From Candidatus Dojkabacteria bacterium (lineage in GTDB: Bacteria; Patescibacteriota; Dojkabacteria; J137): a stretch of 64,000 bases of DNA. The stretch is taken from the NCBI GenBank assembly GCA_025999215.1, contig AP024679.1:293645-357644 (forward strand), read 5' to 3'. The notes beneath the pieces were generated by a model. It worked only from the letters and a program-made list of their open reading frames with translations, was not told where the DNA came from and searched no databases. Below, piece by piece: positions 1 through 11,083 of the stretch; the first letter of the stretch is position 1; each line of letters opens with the position of its first letter. The position numbers were made by a program, and so were the translations under genes.

Positions 1-355
1 TTTCTTCAAGTTTCTTATTCGTTGGTAATTCATACTTTCCGGCCTTAATTTGCGGGTTTAAATTATTCAAACGAAGGTAAATTTTAAGCGCCAACGTACT
101 TTTTATAATACCTTTTTCTTCAAGGCTTGGTGCAATTGATTGTAAAGTATCTCCTTCTTTGACCTCAAAACTTATATTATTTCCCGCAATAGATGGCGCT
201 TCAAGGTTCCCTTTGTACCAATTAAAACCGATACCTGCTCCAATTAAAACTAATATTATCAAAAGTGAAATTATTGCAAAAGCAAATTTTAACTTGCTTC
301 TTTTGGCGGAAAGTTTTTGAAATTCATTTTTATTTAAGTTTACTTTTCTCTGCAT
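1..355 (-). CDS. mltG: MltG/YceG-like endolytic transglycosylase; 3' end lies beyond the window start
   Basis: Minus-strand ORF open at the window edge, ATG (revcomp) at 353-355. Translation MQRKVNLNKNEFQKLSAKRSKLKFAFAIISLLIILVLIGAG...KAGKYELP has the N-terminal TM and the YceG-like 'KAGxY' motif. yqgF-mltG adjacency matches the Firmicutes yrrK-yrrL arrangement. Confidence 0.55.
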   Translation of the reverse strand, partial: MQRKVNLNKNEFQKLSAKRSKLKFAFAIISLLIILVLIGAGIGFNWYKGNLEAPSIAGNNISFEVKEGDTLQSIAPSLEEKGIIKSTLALKIYLRLNNLNPQIKAGKYELPTNKKLEE

Positions 356-746
356 AAAAATCTAAATATTCTTGCAAAATAATTCTTGCTGCTTCAGAGT
401 CTTTGTCTCTAAGTTTAGCACCATTTTTTTGAAAAGTCTCTATGGCCATTCTAGTAGTAAGAGTTTCGTCCCACAACAGAATAGGTATAGATATGTGCAC
501 TTTTAATTTTTCAACAAACTCTTCAATTTCTTTTACAATTTTACTAGGTTTAAGCTCAATGCCTTTTGGTGTTCCAATAATCAAAAGCTCAATATTTTCC
601 TGGTTGATGATTTCTTGCAATTGAGATAGTACACTTTCGAAATTTTTATTCAAAATTGTAGTTTTGGCCCATGCAAAAGTTTTAGTTTCGTCTGATATTG
701 CAACTCCAATCCTTTTAGTACCGTAATCTAGCGCTAATATTGCCAT
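330..746 (-). CDS. yqgF: YqgF/RuvC-like putative pre-16S rRNA nuclease (Holliday junction resolvase-like)
   Basis: MAILALDYGTKRIGVAISDE... is the canonical YqgF N-terminus. Likely start is the internal Met at 746, not the track's 782. Confidence 0.8.
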   Translation of the reverse strand: MAILALDYGTKRIGVAISDETKTFAWAKTTILNKNFESVLSQLQEIINQENIELLIIGTPKGIELKPSKIVKEIEEFVEKLKVHISIPILLWDETLTTRMAIETFQKNGAKLRDKDSEAARIILQEYLDFYAEKSKLK

Positions 747-830
747 GGTAAATTTTAACAGAAATTTTGGTTTGTAGCACAATGAAAGATTAAATTTACT
801 GTGTTACAAATTGTAAATTAAGAAACGGCA

Positions 831-1526
831 GTGTTAGTAATCGATTGGCTTTTTCCAAAAAATTGTTATGGATGCTCTAAACCAGGAGAATACTTATGTA
901 ATGACTGTATTAAAAAACATTGCTCGGTTAGATGGGACCAAACTTGTCATGTTTGTAATCGAAATGTTAGCGTAGGATCGATTCATATAGAGTGTGGAGC
1001 GCAAACTTATTTAGACGGCGTTTTTTGTATGTTTGTTTATGATGGTCTCATCAAAAAAATAGTTCATGATGTTAAGTACAATTTTTATCACGATGTATTT
1101 AACGAGTTGGGGGTTAAAATGGCAAAGTTTAGTATGATTTTACCTAAATTTGAAAAATTGGTAATAACTAGTGTTCCGTTGAATCCTAAGAAAAAGAATT
1201 TTCGAGGTTTTAATCAATCTAAAATACTTGCCAAAAAAGTTGCAAAATATCAAGGTGTGGAGTACTTAGAAATTCTAAAAAGAACAAAAAATACTAAATC
1301 TCAAGTGGGCATGAGTTTGGTTGAAAGACAAACAAATTTGAAAAATGCATTCAAATTAACCTCAAAAGAAATTTTAAAAAACTTTAATAATTTAATTATT
1401 GTTGATGATGTTTATACAACAGGTTCAACTCTTAACGAGTGCGCCAAACTTATCAAAAGTCATAATCAATCAATGAATGTTTATGCTTTTACTTTGGCGA
1501 GAGCGCCAGGCGGGGTGATGGACTAA
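831..1526 (+). CDS. comFC: ComF-like competence protein with phosphoribosyltransferase domain
   Basis: N-terminal 4-Cys zinc ribbon (CYGC...CNDC...CHVC) plus PRTase motif IIVDDVYTTGSTL. Confidence 0.7.
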   Translation: MLVIDWLFPKNCYGCSKPGEYLCNDCIKKHCSVRWDQTCHVCNRNVSVGSIHIECGAQTYLDGVFCMFVYDGLIKKIVHDVKYNFYHDVFNELGVKMAKFSMILPKFEKLVITSVPLNPKKKNFRGFNQSKILAKKVAKYQGVEYLEILKRTKNTKSQVGMSLVERQTNLKNAFKLTSKEILKNFNNLIIVDDVYTTGSTLNECAKLIKSHNQSMNVYAFTLARAPGGVMD

Positions 1527-1607
1527 CTTTTGGTAAAATGTTATAATTAAATTAGAACCTTAACAAAGAACAGCATTTGCCATTTGTTCATTTTGGGTGA
1601 GCAAGTG

Positions 1608-2064
1608 GGGGATGATGTTCGACAGATGACGATTTATTTTAGTTCAAGCCGAGGTAAATGACAACCTCGTTAAATAAAGGTCATTACCTTCTTATCGAAG
1701 GAAATTGACATAAGCGTCAACAATAATGTTATCGGTGCTGTCCGAAACTTCTGGGCTTTCCTAACAGGAAAGGCAGTTGCGCCAAACTATGCTTTGGCAT
1801 AATTTCGGTACAGCGCTCTTGCTGAATAAAAAGTAGGCAAGCGTTTTCTTGTTGCTTTGACAGGTGAGCATCAAGAAAATGGTCACATAGCCTGTCTGCG
1901 TATCAAGCTCATTGGTTTGTGGTGTTTGATACTAAGAACATCAACAAACCCGGTATTTCCGTTTTGCTTGCTTTTGAGGAATTACCGTATTGAAAGCAAG
2001 CTAAGCTTGTAAATGCTAATTTAAACGTCAATCTGGACACGGATTGCTTCCGTCATCTCCACCA
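1608..2064 (+). ncRNA. ssrA: tmRNA (SsrA), one-piece form
   Basis: ORF-free, GC-richer block. 5' GGGGAUG (1608-1614) pairs with 3' CAUCUCC (2054-2060) including a G3:U70 wobble (alanine identity), followed by ACCA at 2061-2064. tRNA-like 5' UUCGACAG is present. Internal tag frame ...GCG CCA AAC TAT GCT TTG GCA TAA (ends 1801) encodes ...APNYALA*, i.e. a YALAA-type tag. Confidence 0.8.
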
Positions 2065-2161
2065 AAAGGGCCTCAGTATAAGCTGGGGCTTTTTTGTTGA
2101 GTAAAGAAAATTTTGAATTTTTTAAAAATTAATTTATAATGTCTTGTTTTAAATTCTACTT

Positions 2162-2986
2162 ATGGATATTCTAAATATTTTATTTTACGAGCCAATTTTC
2201 AATGCGGTTGTTGTACTATACAGGTTTTTTGATAACCAATTTTGGCTTGCAGTCATAGCAGTGGCTTTGCTTTCTCGTTTGATTTTATTTCCCTTTACAA
2301 TTAGACAAATTAAAATGGCTGAGTCGAGTAAAGAATTTGCAGAAAAATCAAAAGAGATAAAGAGAAAGTACAAAAATCAAAAAGAGAAACAGCAAGAAGA
2401 GCTCATGAAATTACAGTCAGAATATCTGCCAGCACAGTTAGCTGGATGCCTTCCTTTGGTTTTTCAATTGATATTTTTCATTAACTTGTACAAAGTAATC
2501 AACAATATTGTGAAGGAAAATGGCAATGCTTTTAATGATTTAGCTTATTCTTTTGTGCCGAAATTTGAACCTGGTTACCAGTTTAATCTTGATTTTTTTG
2601 GAATCAATTTGGGTGCAACCGCATCGCAGTTTAACATTGGTACCATGGAAATATTACCTTATGTTATTCTGGTAACTTTGGTTGGTCTTTCTCAGTTTTT
2701 GTCAATGAGAGTGATGATGAATTTGAGATCCACAAAAAAGAATGAAGCTGAAACCAACAAAAGATCTAACAAAAAGAATAAAAACGAAACGGAAGATTTT
2801 TCTGAAATTCTTGAGCAATCAACTAAACAAACAATGTTTTTAATGCCCGTATTATTTACTTTTTTTGCTTATAATTTACCTGCTGGGCTTAATTTGTATT
2901 GGACTGTACAGAGTACTTTTGTTATAATCCAGCAGCTTGTATTGCATTATTTTATTATGAAACCTAAGCAAAAGATTGAGGCTTAG
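2162..2986 (+). CDS. yidC: YidC/Oxa1-family membrane protein insertase (short form with Lys-rich cytoplasmic loop)
   Basis: Multi-TM 274-aa protein with YidC-like TM arrangement and a charged loop (KEFAEKSKEIKRKYKNQKEKQQEE). Assignment rests on pattern memory. Confidence 0.6.
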   Translation: MDILNILFYEPIFNAVVVLYRFFDNQFWLAVIAVALLSRLILFPFTIRQIKMAESSKEFAEKSKEIKRKYKNQKEKQQEELMKLQSEYLPAQLAGCLPLVFQLIFFINLYKVINNIVKENGNAFNDLAYSFVPKFEPGYQFNLDFFGINLGATASQFNIGTMEILPYVILVTLVGLSQFLSMRVMMNLRSTKKNEAETNKRSNKKNKNETEDFSEILEQSTKQTMFLMPVLFTFFAYNLPAGLNLYWTVQSTFVIIQQLVLHYFIMKPKQKIEA

Positions 2987-3015
2987 AATATTTTTATATT
3001 TTAATTTTAAAGAAA

Positions 3016-3681
3016 ATGAAATTAAAAGCGCAAAAGAGAACTTTGGTTGGTAAAAAGGTTAAACGATTAAGGGATCAGGGTCAGGTTCCGTCTGTAGTTT
3101 TTGGCCCCAACTTTGAATCAGTTAATATTACCATCAATGAAAAAGATTTTTTGAAAATTTTTGATCAGGTAGAGTACAATAAATTTATTGATCTTGAAAT
3201 TGAAGGAGAAGATAAACCTTTGAAAGTATTGGTTAAAGAAGTGCAGAAAGATTTTTTGAAAGATAATATCCTTACTGTTAATTTCTACAAAATTGATGAT
3301 AATAGAAAAATATCTGTTGAGGTTCCAATTAACTTGGTTGGAGAATCTCCAGCGCTAAAGATGAATCTAGGTTTTTTGGTACAGAATATGGATTCAATAT
3401 TAGTTCATTGTTACCCGAAAGATGTACCAGATCAATTTGAGGTTGATATTTCTAGCTTGGCTCAAACAGGAGATTCCGTAACTGTTCAGGTGTTAAATTT
3501 GCCTGAAGGGGTTGAGCTTGACAGCGGAATTGACCCAACAACAGCTATTGCATACATTGCTGCAAGACAGAAAGAAATAGAAGTTGCGACTACATCTGAA
3601 GAAGAAGTAGAAGGAGAAGAGACATCAGAGGCAGAAGGCGATTCACAGGAACAAGATGGTGGAAATTCTGAAACAGAGTAA
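3016..3681 (+). CDS. rplY: 50S ribosomal protein L25 / general stress protein Ctc, with acidic C-terminal tail
   Basis: MKLKAQKRTLVGKKVKRLRDQGQVPSVVFGP...; two-domain Ctc form. Confidence 0.8.
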   Translation: MKLKAQKRTLVGKKVKRLRDQGQVPSVVFGPNFESVNITINEKDFLKIFDQVEYNKFIDLEIEGEDKPLKVLVKEVQKDFLKDNILTVNFYKIDDNRKISVEVPINLVGESPALKMNLGFLVQNMDSILVHCYPKDVPDQFEVDISSLAQTGDSVTVQVLNLPEGVELDSGIDPTTAIAYIAARQKEIEVATTSEEEVEGEETSEAEGDSQEQDGGNSETE

Positions 3682-3742
3682 TTTTAATCTGAAAACTTTT
3701 TTCAAAGTTGTAAAATATCTCGGATTGTAGTGTAATGTATTT

Positions 3743-4824
3743 ATGAATAACTTGGATCCAAATCAAGAGATTAAAACTCTGTTTGAAAAAATTAACTCTA
3801 GTAAACTTCCCGCTGATCTCAAAGAAAGAGCTTTTGGGCAACTTGCGCGATTAGAAAAAATGCTTACTACTGGCGAGTATTCTCGCGATTTTGAGCCAAT
3901 TACAGAGTATCTAAACTGGATTTTGAAAATTCCTTGGGAAAATTTTGTTAAAGATAATCTTGATTTAGAAAATGTAAGAGCATCGCTTACTAAAAACCAT
4001 TATGGCTTGGAGCCGGTTAAAAACAGAATTTTAGAATACCTGGCCATAATGCACTTGCGACAAAAAAGATTGAGAAAGTCAAATGTCGGAAAATAAAGAT
4101 AAAATGGTTGCTCAAAGAAGCAGTAGCGAGAGCGCCCCGATTCTTTGTTTTGTGGGTATTCAAGGTGTGGGTAAAACATCTATGGCTAAATCTATTGCTG
4201 AGGCTTTAGGTCGGCCTTTTGTACGAATAGCGCTCGGAGGAATTAACTCTTCAACTGAGTTAAGAGGCATTTCTCGCGGAGAGGTGGGCGCTGAGCCTGG
4301 TCAAATAATTAAAGCTTTGGTTAGAACCCAAGTAATGAATCCGCTGATTTTATTTGATGAAATTGATAAAGTTAATAGTCAAACGGGTTTGCAGAGCTGA
4401 TGTGATGGCATCGCTTCTTGAAATACTTGATCCACAACAGAACGCTAGTTTTGTTGATAGGTATATTGATTACCCTGTAGATCTTTCACAGACTTTTTTT
4501 ATTACTACAGCGAATAATTTGGGAGGGATTAGTGCTGCTTTGCTTGATAGGTTAGAAATTATCAGGTTTGGTAGTTACAGTGATGAAGAAAAAATAGTAA
4601 TAGCCAAAGATTATCTACTTAAAAAAGTGATCAAAAACGCAGGGTTAAGAGAAGATCAGTTGAGGTTTGCGGATGATGTTTGGCCGCTGGTGGTGAGGCC
4701 TCTAGGTTTTGATGCCGGTGTTAGGCAGCTAGAAAGAACGCTGTCTGAGTTGGCAAGAAAGGTGGCTCTTCAAATCGTTCAGGGAGTAACTAGACGGGGT
4801 AGTAATAACCAAGGAAAATTTTAG
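3743..4824 (+). pseudogene. lon: Lon protease remnant: AAA+ module only, split over three frames, lacking the N-terminal LON domain and the C-terminal Ser-Lys protease domain
   Basis: The three track ORFs 3743-4096, 4083-4400 and 4354-4824 align consecutively to Lon: ...HYGLEPVKNRILEYLA / [35 protein letters not shown]...LFDEIDKV / ...SLLEILDPQQNASFVDRYIDYPVDLSQTFFITTANNL...LLDRLEII. Frameshifts are near 4085 and 4390. Translation ends before any protease domain. Confidence 0.75.
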
Positions 4825-4896
4825 AGATTACATACCCCAAGATTTTGGTGTTTATTCATGATTTTGTAAATATTTTGATACCTTAACGATGCTTTT

Positions 4897-5562
4897 ATGG
4901 TAAAGACTCTTCATCTAACTTATTCCAAGAAATCTAAAAAAAATATACGTAAGGTTATTGGGCTTGCTTTAATTTTTGTTATTTTATCAACATTTGTGGC
5001 TTCATTTTTATATTTAACGCTGCCTTTTTGGCCAGAAATTAAATATAGAATTTCAAAAAGCGAAATAACAGAACTCGATGTAGAAGTATCGGATGAAACA
5101 GCAGAAAAATTGGGAATAAAGAAAACAAAGAATTATAAAGAAGCACAGATTCTTGATTCAAATTTGTTGATAATTCCAAAAATTGGAGTAAAAGCAAAAA
5201 TTTTAGAACATAGTGATTTATCAATTCTTGATGTTGAAGAGGGTGTTTGGAGAGAACCTTTTACCAATACGCCTGAAGATGAAGGTGGAAACACTGTTAT
5301 AGCAGGCCATAGATTTCAGTATTTACCACCTAACACTTCTACTTTTTATCATTTAGATAAATTAAAGTCTGGTGATAAAATTTTAGTAATTTGGGATAAA
5401 AAAGAATATATTTATGAAGTGCAGGATATTTTTGAAGTGGAGCCAAGTGATACATACATTAGAGATAATTCTGGTGAATCTTTATTAACACTTTATACTT
5501 GCACTCCATTAGGAAGTGAAGCAAGGAGATTGGTTGTGCGTGCTAAATTATTAAACAATTAA
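4897..5562 (+). CDS. Sortase-family transpeptidase
   Basis: N-terminal TM anchor, catalytic His context (VIAGHR), TLYTC active-site Cys motif (TLxTC) and downstream conserved Arg. Confidence 0.75.
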   Translation: MVKTLHLTYSKKSKKNIRKVIGLALIFVILSTFVASFLYLTLPFWPEIKYRISKSEITELDVEVSDETAEKLGIKKTKNYKEAQILDSNLLIIPKIGVKAKILEHSDLSILDVEEGVWREPFTNTPEDEGGNTVIAGHRFQYLPPNTSTFYHLDKLKSGDKILVIWDKKEYIYEVQDIFEVEPSDTYIRDNSGESLLTLYTCTPLGSEARRLVVRAKLLNN

Positions 5563-5641
5563 AATTAGTTTGACAAATTTTGCTACTATTAACATAATTA
5601 ATTTGTCTATATTTAAAATTGGGTTTTAGTAAAATATTATT

Positions 5642-6856
5642 ATGTTTAAGAGAAAACAAAAAAAACAAAAGCAAGAAAGTGATTTAATGATAGCTCTTGA
5701 TATAGGAACCGAGTATGTAAAGACTGCTGTTTTCAGAAAAAATGAAAATCAAGTAGAAATTGTCGGCTTTGATAGGGCAAAACAGCAAGAGTCCTCAATG
5801 TCAGGTGCTTTTATAATTGACATTAACAATGTTGTTGATACTGTAGATAAAAGTTTAGGAAAAGCTTTTTCTGTTGCTGAGAAGTTGCTTGGAGAAAACA
5901 TTGTATTGCCAGAAAAGGCTATTTTAGGTATAGCTGGTGAGTTAATTCAGGGAGTAACTATACTTGTTAATGTTGATAGAGAAAACCCTGATAAACCTAT
6001 AGATGAAAAAGAATTAAATTCAACTATCAATAAAATAAAAAAAACATCTTTTGATAGCATCAAAGAAGAATTGGCTGAAGAATTAGGCTTGAGGCAAGCG
6101 CAAATTACTGAGATAGATACCAACATTAATAGTGTTTATATAGATGGAGTAAAGGTGATTAATCCAGTTGGTTTTACCGGAAGTGAGCTTGTTTATAGAG
6201 TTTATAGTACTTTTGCGCCAAAGGTGCATGTTGATTCCATAAAAAATGTAACTAATGAATTAGGTTTGGTAGCTGAAAAAATAATAGTGCAACCTTACGC
6301 TTTGGCTCTTGCTCATGAAGGTGCTAGAGAAAATAACTTTAGTGCAATTTTAGTGGACATTGGAGGGGGAACCACAGATGTTGCTATCGTTGAAAATGGA
6401 GATATTGTGGGTACTAGAATGTTTGCAATTGGGGGTAGAGTTTTCACGAAAAGAATTCAGAAAGAATTTGGCTGTTCTTATGATGAAGCAGAAAATTTGA
6501 AAATTTCATATACAGATGGAAAATTATCTGAGAAAAAAAAGGACCAGATAAAAGATGCCATTAGGGAAGATATTTCAACCTGGCTAACTGGTTTGGAGCT
6601 TGCTTTGGGAGATTTTGAAGATGTGAATAATTTTCCTAGTCAAATTTATTTGTGCGGGGGAGGTGCAATGTTGCCTGATATTCAAGAAGGATTGTTAGAA
6701 CATCCTTGGTTGCAAGTTTTACCGTTTCAAAAATTTCCAAACATTAATTTCTTTTTTCCAAATAAAGTTAGAAACGTGTTAGATAAAACTAGAATGGCTA
6801 ATCAAATAATGGATGTGACACCGCTAGCGCTTGCTCGCATGCATCTAAAAATTTAG
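5642..6856 (+). CDS. Actin-fold ATPase of the FtsA/PilM family
   Basis: MIALDIGTEYVKTAV... phosphate-1 motif and ILVDIGGGTTDVAIV phosphate-2/adenosine motifs. 404 aa fits FtsA better than PilM. Confidence 0.55.
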   Translation: MFKRKQKKQKQESDLMIALDIGTEYVKTAVFRKNENQVEIVGFDRAKQQESSMSGAFIIDINNVVDTVDKSLGKAFSVAEKLLGENIVLPEKAILGIAGELIQGVTILVNVDRENPDKPIDEKELNSTINKIKKTSFDSIKEELAEELGLRQAQITEIDTNINSVYIDGVKVINPVGFTGSELVYRVYSTFAPKVHVDSIKNVTNELGLVAEKIIVQPYALALAHEGARENNFSAILVDIGGGTTDVAIVENGDIVGTRMFAIGGRVFTKRIQKEFGCSYDEAENLKISYTDGKLSEKKKDQIKDAIREDISTWLTGLELALGDFEDVNNFPSQIYLCGGGAMLPDIQEGLLEHPWLQVLPFQKFPNINFFFPNKVRNVLDKTRMANQIMDVTPLALARMHLKI

Positions 6857-6872
6857 TTATTAAAATTTATAA

Positions 6873-8942
6873 ATGGCTGTTGTTACACCAAGTAAAATTT
6901 TTGTAGATCCTAGAGAAGAAATAACTTCAATTATAGAGAGAGTGCTTGCTGCAGAAAAGGATAGAGTAATTATAGTCATACCACAAAACTCTCTACTTTT
7001 ATCGAGCATTATAAGCTTGAAGATTTTAACAAGAAGATTAGCTAAGTCAGACAAGTTAGCTATATTAGTTACAGAGGATGAATATGGTAATGAGATTGCC
7101 GGAAAGGCAGGATTAGCGGTAGTTGAGCACATTAGCGACATAACCCAAGAAACATGGAGTTTGGCTGAAGATTTAAAACAACAAGAAATTATCAAATTAA
7201 ATGATAAAAAAAATCAATTACTAAGTAAAAGAAATGTTAATGTTGAGGAGGACGAACAATCTCAATCGCAAGATTTAGAAAAAGATCAAATTGAAAATCA
7301 AAGTTTAGATATAGAGGAGGCTTTTGAAGAACCCGAAAAAGAAAAAGATGAAATACAAAGTAATGAAGACACTCAAGATAAAGAAGATGTTGAGAAAATT
7401 TTTGATGAAGATACAGATATAAGTAAAGAGCTTGAGAAATATAAAAAGCCGAGGTTGGAGCATAAAGAAGTTGAAATTAATGGAGTTAAAATAATTGCTG
7501 GAGGAGATATTGCGTACTTACGAAAAAAAGAAAAAAGTGCTAAAATAGACCAGTATAATTTTCAAGATATGGATAAAGAAGAAATACCTGATAGAGAAGT
7601 TAAAGTGGGCGATGTAGCTAAATCTACCGATTACATGGGTAGAGACTTTACTAAAAAGGTAAACAAAAAGAATAGTTTTTCTAGCCTTTTTGAAAGCTTT
7701 TTTAGTTTGAAGCCCAAAAGAAAAAATGTAATTGGCGTTGTTGATCCAGAGGAGGAGTTAAGAAAAAAAAGAAGAAGGATTTTGATGGCTGGAGGAGGTG
7801 TGTTAATTGCTTTGGTTTTAACTTTTGGAACGTGGACTTATTTAACTAATGTTTTTTCCAGTGTAGATGTGGAGGTTGTTTATGCTAAAGAAGATGTAAA
7901 ATTTAGTGAAACGATAATTGCATCAACTGAAAATACCGAAGTTGATCCTGAAAAACTTGAGATACCAGCTATTTTGCTTGAAGAAAAAGATTTAAATACT
8001 CAAGTAACTGCAACGGCTACGGGGCAGGGAATTAGGGGAGAAAAGGCTAAAGGATATTTATCTTTTTACAACATAGATATAGAAACTCCTGTCACAATTC
8101 CAAAAGGCACCAGAATAACCAATGTTGTTAATGATTTGGTATTCATTCTTCAGGAAGATGTGTTGTTAGACCCTGTAACTTATGATGATTTAGGCGCAGT
8201 TGAAGTACCTGATCCAGTTGATGGTTTGGTAGAAGCTGAGGATGTTGGTGATCAGTATAATTTTTCTGATGGCGATCCAACCACTTTTATTGCTCAAGGT
8301 TTTGACAAAGATAGTATTCAAATTAAAAGGTTAGTTGATTTTGAAGGAGGATCGTCTGAAACTTTTACAGCTGTGGATCAAAGAGATGTGGACGCAGTGA
8401 AGAATGAAACAAAACAAAAGTTGTTAGAAGAGGGAACAAGTAAAATTAAAGCTTTTTTGCCAAGAGGTTATAGATTGCTTGAAGAAACAATTCAATTTGA
8501 AGAAACAGAAATAAGACCTTTTCCAGATGTGGGAGAAGAGGCAAAAGATGGTAAGTTTAGTTTGAATATGGAAGGTAAGGTTACGGCTTTGGCAGTTAAA
8601 GAGCAAGATTTAGAAGAGGTTACAAGGCAAGTTTTGGCTATTCAAAATGAGATTGAGCAAATACCAGCTCTTGAAAATTATAAAGTTAATATTAAGGATG
8701 TGGTTAGGGATGGAGGAAGAGTTTCATTTGTAATAGATTCTGAAGGATTATTTTCTAACAAGCTTGAAGATGATGAAATTTTTAATCTTATTGCTGGAAA
8801 AAAAATTGATGAAGCTTTGCGAATTTTGTCAGACTTAGAGGAGGTAGAGGATGTATCTATTTCTTATTCTCCTGGCTTGGTTCCAGAAAGTCTTCAACGC
8901 GTTCCTAAAGATATGGGAAGAATTTCAATTAAAACTTTATAA
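6873..8942 (+). CDS. Hypothetical bitopic membrane protein: cytoplasmic N-domain, acidic low-complexity linker, single TM, large extracytoplasmic C-domain
   Basis: 689-aa ORF. TM near residue 300 (ILMAGGGVLIALVLTFGTWTY). The linker is rich in E/D/K. No motif recognised. Confidence 0.5.
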   Translation: MAVVTPSKIFVDPREEITSIIERVLAAEKDRVIIVIPQNSLLLSSIISLKILTRRLAKSDKLAILVTEDEYGNEIAGKAGLAVVEHISDITQETWSLAEDLKQQEIIKLNDKKNQLLSKRNVNVEEDEQSQSQDLEKDQIENQSLDIEEAFEEPEKEKDEIQSNEDTQDKEDVEKIFDEDTDISKELEKYKKPRLEHKEVEINGVKIIAGGDIAYLRKKEKSAKIDQYNFQDMDKEEIPDREVKVGDVAKSTDYMGRDFTKKVNKKNSFSSLFESFFSLKPKRKNVIGVVDPEEELRKKRRRILMAGGGVLIALVLTFGTWTYLTNVFSSVDVEVVYAKEDVKFSETIIASTENTEVDPEKLEIPAILLEEKDLNTQVTATATGQGIRGEKAKGYLSFYNIDIETPVTIPKGTRITNVVNDLVFILQEDVLLDPVTYDDLGAVEVPDPVDGLVEAEDVGDQYNFSDGDPTTFIAQGFDKDSIQIKRLVDFEGGSSETFTAVDQRDVDAVKNETKQKLLEEGTSKIKAFLPRGYRLLEETIQFEETEIRPFPDVGEEAKDGKFSLNMEGKVTALAVKEQDLEEVTRQVLAIQNEIEQIPALENYKVNIKDVVRDGGRVSFVIDSEGLFSNKLEDDEIFNLIAGKKIDEALRILSDLEEVEDVSISYSPGLVPESLQRVPKDMGRISIKTL

Positions 8943-8957
8943 ATCTCGAAAAAAATA

Positions 8958-9013
8958 TTGACAAAATTTTTCAAATTCTGCTAAGATTAGCAGTGAAGCA
9001 CTGATGGTGCTAA
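8958..9013 (+). promoter_or_regulatory. Putative sigma-70-like promoter with CIRCE-like inverted repeat upstream of groES
   Basis: TTGACA at 8958-8963, about 18-nt spacer, TAAGAT, then TTAGCAGTG-N9-TGGTGCTAA (8988-9013). This is a degenerate version of CIRCE TTAGCACTC-N9-GAGTGCTAA. Confidence 0.4.
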
Positions 9014-9046
9014 ATTGGAATAGTTTATTTGTTAGTTTGTTAGTTT

Positions 9047-9352
9047 ATGTCAAAGCAAAGTGTAGGAATCAAACCAATCGGCGGCTACATACTAGTAAAA
9101 CCTCAAGCTGAGGAAGAAAAAACAGCTTCAGGTTTAATTATTCAAACATCAGGCAAAGGTGAGAGGCCTCAGAGAGGTGAGATTATAGCTTTAGGTACAG
9201 GAAAGTTAGATGAAAATGGAAAAGTGATTCCTTTTAATGTAAAAGTAGGTGATATGGTTATGTTCAAAAAATATTCTCCAGAAGAAGTAGAAATTGACGG
9301 AGAAGAATATTTAATTATGCAAGAATCTGATATTCTTGCAATTTTAGAATAA
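9047..9352 (+). CDS. groES: Co-chaperonin GroES
   Basis: MSKQSVGIKPIGGYILVKPQ... Confidence 0.9.
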   Translation: MSKQSVGIKPIGGYILVKPQAEEEKTASGLIIQTSGKGERPQRGEIIALGTGKLDENGKVIPFNVKVGDMVMFKKYSPEEVEIDGEEYLIMQESDILAILE

Positions 9353-9374
9353 TTTTTATTTGTTAGATTTTTAA

Positions 9375-10988
<1,614 letters not shown>

Positions 10989-11013
10989 TTTAAAATATCA
11001 AATCATTACGAAA

Positions 11014-11048
11014 AGAAAAGGAGGGTTTCCCTCCTTTTCTTTTTTATC
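11014..11048 (+). terminator. Rho-independent terminator after groEL
   Basis: AAAAGGAGGG-UUU-CCCUCCUUUU hairpin followed by a T-tract. Confidence 0.7.
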
Positions 11049-11083
11049 TTTATATTTATATTAAAATTCTTTATACTGGTTAT

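Noticed and set aside
2185-2373. Short antisense ORFs overlapping annotated genes (2185-2373, 3590-3841, 5039-5224, 6860-7195, 9654-9994, 10181-10738, 12867-13208, 44658-45314, 50136-50510, 57375-59093, 60461-60781, 61159-61437, 62606-62797)
   Set aside because: All are embedded antisense or out-of-frame in strongly supported CDSs, are low-complexity, and have no motifs. They look like typical AT-rich spurious ORFs.
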